Assembly: GCA_046313635.1 (NCBI GenBank)
Contig: JBKBYA010000013.1
Coordinates: 13,425 to 77,424, forward strand
Length of the DNA: 64,000 nucleotides
From: Pyrinomonadaceae bacterium
GTDB lineage: Bacteria > Acidobacteriota > Blastocatellia > Pyrinomonadales > Pyrinomonadaceae
Reading direction: 5' to 3'
The position numbers were made by a program, and so were the translations under genes. The notes below the pieces were generated by a model. It saw nothing but the letters and a program-made list of their open reading frames with translations. It was not told the origin of the DNA and ran no database searches. Shown here piece by piece: positions 60,311 to 64,000 of this stretch; the stretch's first letter is position 1; the number at the start of each line of letters is the position of its first letter.

Positions 60311-62869
60311 ATGGCAAAGCGAATCAGAGAGCTGAGATCTCCCGCCGCAAGATGGCGGCAGCAGTTGACGAGCGTCGTTTCACGTCCGCTCTCGGCGCTC
60401 TCAGCGTCGCAAAGGTTCTGGATCGGCTTTGCGCTTCTCTGCCTCTTTACGACCGTGCTGATCGAAAATCCGCTCTGGCACGCGTCGGGCAGGCCGGCCT
60501 ACCGCGAGGGCGACATCGCACGCGAGACGGTCATCTCACCCGCCGACATCCAGTACACCGACGACGGCGAGCTCAGCCGCCGCAAGGAGCTTGCCCGAGC
60601 GAGCGTCAAGCCGATCTTTCGCTACGAATCGAACAAGGCCGAGCAGGCCGTGCAGCAATTCATCTCCGCTTGGGAAAAGCTGCAGCGTCACGGTGCTCAG
60701 CAGCCCGCGCCGCAGGCCAAACAATCCAACAGCGATATCAAGACCGAGACACACTGGACCGGCGCCGGCGGTGCCGAGGTTGGCCGCATACTCGCGTCGC
60801 GAGACTTTAGCCGCAACGAGATCGACGCGGTGCAGAGCGCGATCCGCGATGCGGCCGACGGGTATATCTACGACGATTCGGAGCGGCAGTATTTTGCCAA
60901 TGAGGTCGTCGTATTTGACCGCTCAAAACCCAATCAGCAATCCAACGTCTCGATGCCCGAGAGCAACTGGACTTCGCTCTCCGCCGCAAGGGCCAAGCTT
61001 CGCACGCGTCTGCAGTCGATCAAGAGCCTCTCGGCAAAGGAGGTCGACGCCTTTTACACCGCGGCCGAGATCCTCGTCGAGCCGAGCCTCCGATACGACA
61101 GCGTCGCCACCGAGGCCGCACGCCAGCAGGAGGCAGACAACGTCGTTCCGATCACGGTCTCGCTCAAGCGCGGGCAAAAGATAGTCGGCGAGGGCGAGCT
61201 GATCACGCCGCAGATGATGCCGCGCCTCGCGGCGGTCGCAAATTACGGCTCGACGACGCGGCAGGTCAATCGATTTTTTGGCGTGCTGCTGATGATCGGC
61301 GGGCTCTACTGGGTCGCGTGGAAATTTGTCCGCAACCGGGGCGTCGTCGCAAGGCTGGCCCTTAGCGAACAAATGACATTTGCGCTGATAGGTTTTGTCG
61401 TGCTCGTGCAGACCGCGATCATGGCGGCGCTGTTTCGCCTGGCCGAGTTTACCGCGGTACAGAATCTCAGCGCTCCGGGCAACGATCCGTCGCTGTGGTC
61501 GTTTGCGATACCTTTTGCGACGGCGAGCCTTTTGATGACGCTGCTCGCCGACCGGCCGATCGCGCTTTTCACCGGTCTTTTTGCGTCGCTGATCGCGGGA
61601 TTTATGGCGCCGCGCGGGTTTGAGTTTGCGATCTACTCGGCGTTATCTTCGGCGGTCGCGGTCTACGGCATCGGCCGGTATCGCAGCCGGCAGACCGTTA
61701 CGACGGCAGGCGTTTTTGTGGGCGTTGCGTGCTCGATGCTCGCGCTTGCAATGCTACTGTATACGAGGCAGCCCTTTATTCTCAGCACGGTGCTGCTGTC
61801 GATAGCGTGCGGTCTCGCAAGCGGCGTATTGACCGCGGCCTTTACGTCGATGCTGCTGCCGATGTGCGAGTCTGCCTTCGGCATATTGACCGACGTCAAA
61901 CTGCTCGAGCTCTCGAATGCCGATCTGCCCGTCCTCGGCCAGCTCGCGCTACGCGCGCCGGGGACAAACCAGCATTCGCACGCCGTCGGCCAGCTCGCCG
62001 AAGAGGCGTGCCGCGTCGTCGGCGGCAACGGCCTGCTCGCGCGCATCGGCGCTCTCTATCACGACATCGGCAAGACCGCCGCACCGGAGCACTTTGTCGA
62101 AAACCAGATCAACGGCAAGAATCCGCACGACCGCCTAAAACCCGCGCAAAGCGCAAAGATCATTATCGCCCACGTCAATTACGGCGCTAAGCTCGCACGC
62201 GAAATGGGACTGCCGCAGCGGATCATCGATTTTATCCCGCAGCATCACGGCACGCGCACGCTGCACTACTTTTTGAAAAAAGCGCAGGCACAGGCGCGGC
62301 CCGACGAGGTGATCTCGGAGAACGAGTTTCGCTATCCGGGGCCGAAGCCGCAGTTCAAAGAGGCCGCGATAATGATGATCGCCGACTCGTGCGAGGCCGC
62401 GGCCCGCAGCCTCTCGGAGCCGACGCCCGAGAATATCCGCTTCATAGTCACCAAGATAATCGACGCCATCCTGCAGGACGATCAGCTCGACGAGTGCGAC
62501 CTCACGCTCCGCGAACTGACCCTCATACGCGAATCGATGATCCGCTCGCTCGTCGCTATCTATCACTCGCGCGTCGATTATCCAGGTTATGTCCCGCCGA
62601 ATACCGGCTCGTTCAGGATCACCGAATCGGGGCAGTTCAAGACCACCGACAGCGGCAGCCTCGCAGACGCCAAACCCGACACCGAAGGCTGGGCACCGGC
62701 CGACGATCGGCAAAAGACCGCCGCGCGTCGCTCGGCCGGCGGAACGAGCCGTTACGCCAAACCGTCTGACATCCCGGTCTCGCCCGGCGGCGAGATCGAG
62801 GACGAAGCGGTCGATCGTACCTTCGAACCGGCCGACGGCAAGCGCGCCAAAGGCGCCGTCAACGACTAG
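60311..62869 (+). CDS. 7TM-HD family phosphohydrolase (PgpH-like)
   Basis: Extracytoplasmic domain, TM bundle, APGTNQHS, YHDIGK, QHHGT, FRYPGPKPQ, ADSCEAA. Confidence 0.9.
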   Translation: MAKRIRELRSPAARWRQQLTSVVSRPLSALSASQRFWIGFALLCLFTTVLIENPLWHASGRPAYREGDIARETVISPADIQYTDDGELSRRKELARASVKPIFRYESNKAEQAVQQFISAWEKLQRHGAQQPAPQAKQSNSDIKTETHWTGAGGAEVGRILASRDFSRNEIDAVQSAIRDAADGYIYDDSERQYFANEVVVFDRSKPNQQSNVSMPESNWTSLSAARAKLRTRLQSIKSLSAKEVDAFYTAAEILVEPSLRYDSVATEAARQQEADNVVPITVSLKRGQKIVGEGELITPQMMPRLAAVANYGSTTRQVNRFFGVLLMIGGLYWVAWKFVRNRGVVARLALSEQMTFALIGFVVLVQTAIMAALFRLAEFTAVQNLSAPGNDPSLWSFAIPFATASLLMTLLADRPIALFTGLFASLIAGFMAPRGFEFAIYSALSSAVAVYGIGRYRSRQTVTTAGVFVGVACSMLALAMLLYTRQPFILSTVLLSIACGLASGVLTAAFTSMLLPMCESAFGILTDVKLLELSNADLPVLGQLALRAPGTNQHSHAVGQLAEEACRVVGGNGLLARIGALYHDIGKTAAPEHFVENQINGKNPHDRLKPAQSAKIIIAHVNYGAKLAREMGLPQRIIDFIPQHHGTRTLHYFLKKAQAQARPDEVISENEFRYPGPKPQFKEAAIMMIADSCEAAARSLSEPTPENIRFIVTKIIDAILQDDQLDECDLTLRELTLIRESMIRSLVAIYHSRVDYPGYVPPNTGSFRITESGQFKTTDSGSLADAKPDTEGWAPADDRQKTAARRSAGGTSRYAKPSDIPVSPGGEIEDEAVDRTFEPADGKRAKGAVND

Positions 62870-63351
62870 ATCGCCTTTTTTAGTTTTTGGTAGGTCTCGG
62901 CAAGCGACTCGGGCAGCGTACGCGTCTGGCCGATCGCGGTCATGAAGTTTACGTCGCCGACCCAGCGGGGAAGCATGTGCATATGGTAATGCTCGGCGAC
63001 GCCGGCACCGGCGGCCTTGCCGAGATTCATGCCGAGATTGATCCCGTCGGGCCTGTAGATCTCGTCGATAGCGCGCTGGTAACGCTTGACGAGATCCATC
63101 ATCTCGTTGGTCGACTCGGCCCCGGCGTCGGCGGGCGAGGCAATATGCTCGTAGGGGACGATCATCAGGTGGCCCGAGGTATAGGGGAAGATATTCAGGA
63201 TCACAAAATTGAACTCGGCACGCTCGAGGATGAAATTCTCCTCGTCGCGTGCCGAGTTGTTTTGTATCTCGCAAAAGACGCAGCCGTCAGACCTTGACTC
63301 GCCGCTCCTGGTTATGTAGTCGTATCGCCACGGGCTCCAGAGTACGTCCAC
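62866..63351 (-). CDS. HIT family hydrolase
   Basis: LWSPWR, CVFC, NIFPYTSGHLM, AGAGVAEHYHMH. Confidence 0.92.
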   Translation of the reverse strand: MDVLWSPWRYDYITRSGESRSDGCVFCEIQNNSARDEENFILERAEFNFVILNIFPYTSGHLMIVPYEHIASPADAGAESTNEMMDLVKRYQRAIDEIYRPDGINLGMNLGKAAGAGVAEHYHMHMLPRWVGDVNFMTAIGQTRTLPESLAETYQKLKKAI

Positions 63352-63355
63352 ATCA

Positions 63356-63649
63356 CTAGCCGGCGGGCTGCTGGTCCCGGTTGATCAATTCCTTCAGCTC
63401 CTTTCCGGGCTTGAAGTACGCCACACGCTTTGCCGGGATGTCGACGGAACTTCCGGTCTTCGGGTTGCGGCCCTTGCGCGAGTTGCGCTCACGTACGCGG
63501 AAGCTGCCAAATCCGCGGAGCTCTATCTTCTCTCCTTTATTCAGCGACGCCGTGATGCTGTCAAAAATTATCTCGACCAGCTGCTCGGCATCCTTCTTGG
63601 TCATATCGGCCTCTTTGGCGACCCTCTCGACCAGATCAGCTTTAGTCAT
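63356..63649 (-). CDS. ihfB: Integration host factor beta / HU family DNA-binding protein
   Basis: MTKADL, KIELRGFGSF, GRNPKTG, YFKPGKELKE. Confidence 0.85.
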   Translation of the reverse strand: MTKADLVERVAKEADMTKKDAEQLVEIIFDSITASLNKGEKIELRGFGSFRVRERNSRKGRNPKTGSSVDIPAKRVAYFKPGKELKELINRDQQPAG

Positions 63650-63724
63650 GGTTTCCTCGCTGCTTAAAGACGAACGTCCAATCAGAACAATGCAACAACA
63701 AAATGACAGAGCGCGGGCGAATGA

Positions 63725-64000
63725 CTATTCGCCCGCTGCCTCATGAGCGTCGGTATTTTGCTGCTCGTCATCCGACGGCGACTTGGTCCCCTCGGTCAGG
63801 CTGCCGCCCTGGGCCTCCTGATCGGCCGATTCAGACTCCGCCTCGGTCGCGTCCGCGTCAGCCGGCGCCGGCTCGCCGGATCCGCCCGACTGCTGAACGG
63901 CGGCTTCCTCGATCGACGGCTCCTCGGCGGGTGAGTCGCCCGCGGCTTCTGCGGGCTGCTCGGCCGACTCTTCTGCGGGCTGCTCGGCCGACTCTTCTGC
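63725..64000 (-). CDS. Acidic low-complexity C-terminal tail of a gene starting outside the window
   Basis: Open frame AEESAEQPAEESAEQPAEAAGDS..DAHEAAGE* with stop at 63725-63727; not in the ORF track. Confidence 0.65.
   Translation of the reverse strand, partial: AEESAEQPAEESAEQPAEAAGDSPAEEPSIEEAAVQQSGGSGEPAPADADATEAESESADQEAQGGSLTEGTKSPSDDEQQNTDAHEAAGE

Overview
GC-rich bacterial chromosomal segment. Gene style and content suggest Acidobacteriota, probably Blastocatellia/Pyrinomonadaceae-like (inference). It is mostly housekeeping: gyrA 3' end, ruvAB, dnaX, SRP RNA, two tRNA-Ser, tadA, suhB, accD, folC, gpmA, uvrA, pdxJ, pfkA, greA, accC, Fe-S carriers, hflX, ihfB. Accessory parts are a compact microcompartment (BMC) operon (class II aldolase, one BMC-H, three BMC-P, a divergent four-helix-bundle protein and a small 4-Cys protein), a lower-GC cluster of secreted proteins sharing a C-terminal module next to an IS3 remnant, two decayed beta-propeller gene fragments, and an apparently non-cleavable LexA paralogue. 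The most striking unexplained structure is a dense set of about 14 elements built from tandem 7-bp units, usually followed by the reverse-complement units. Sites mostly use different heptamers. They often fill the gap from one gene's stop codon to the next start codon. One lies in frame inside hflX, and one encloses an entire four-helix-bundle (23S rRNA IVP/Avd-like) gene, suggesting an mRNA-level intervening-sequence or mobile system. All calls were made by eye; no searches were run.
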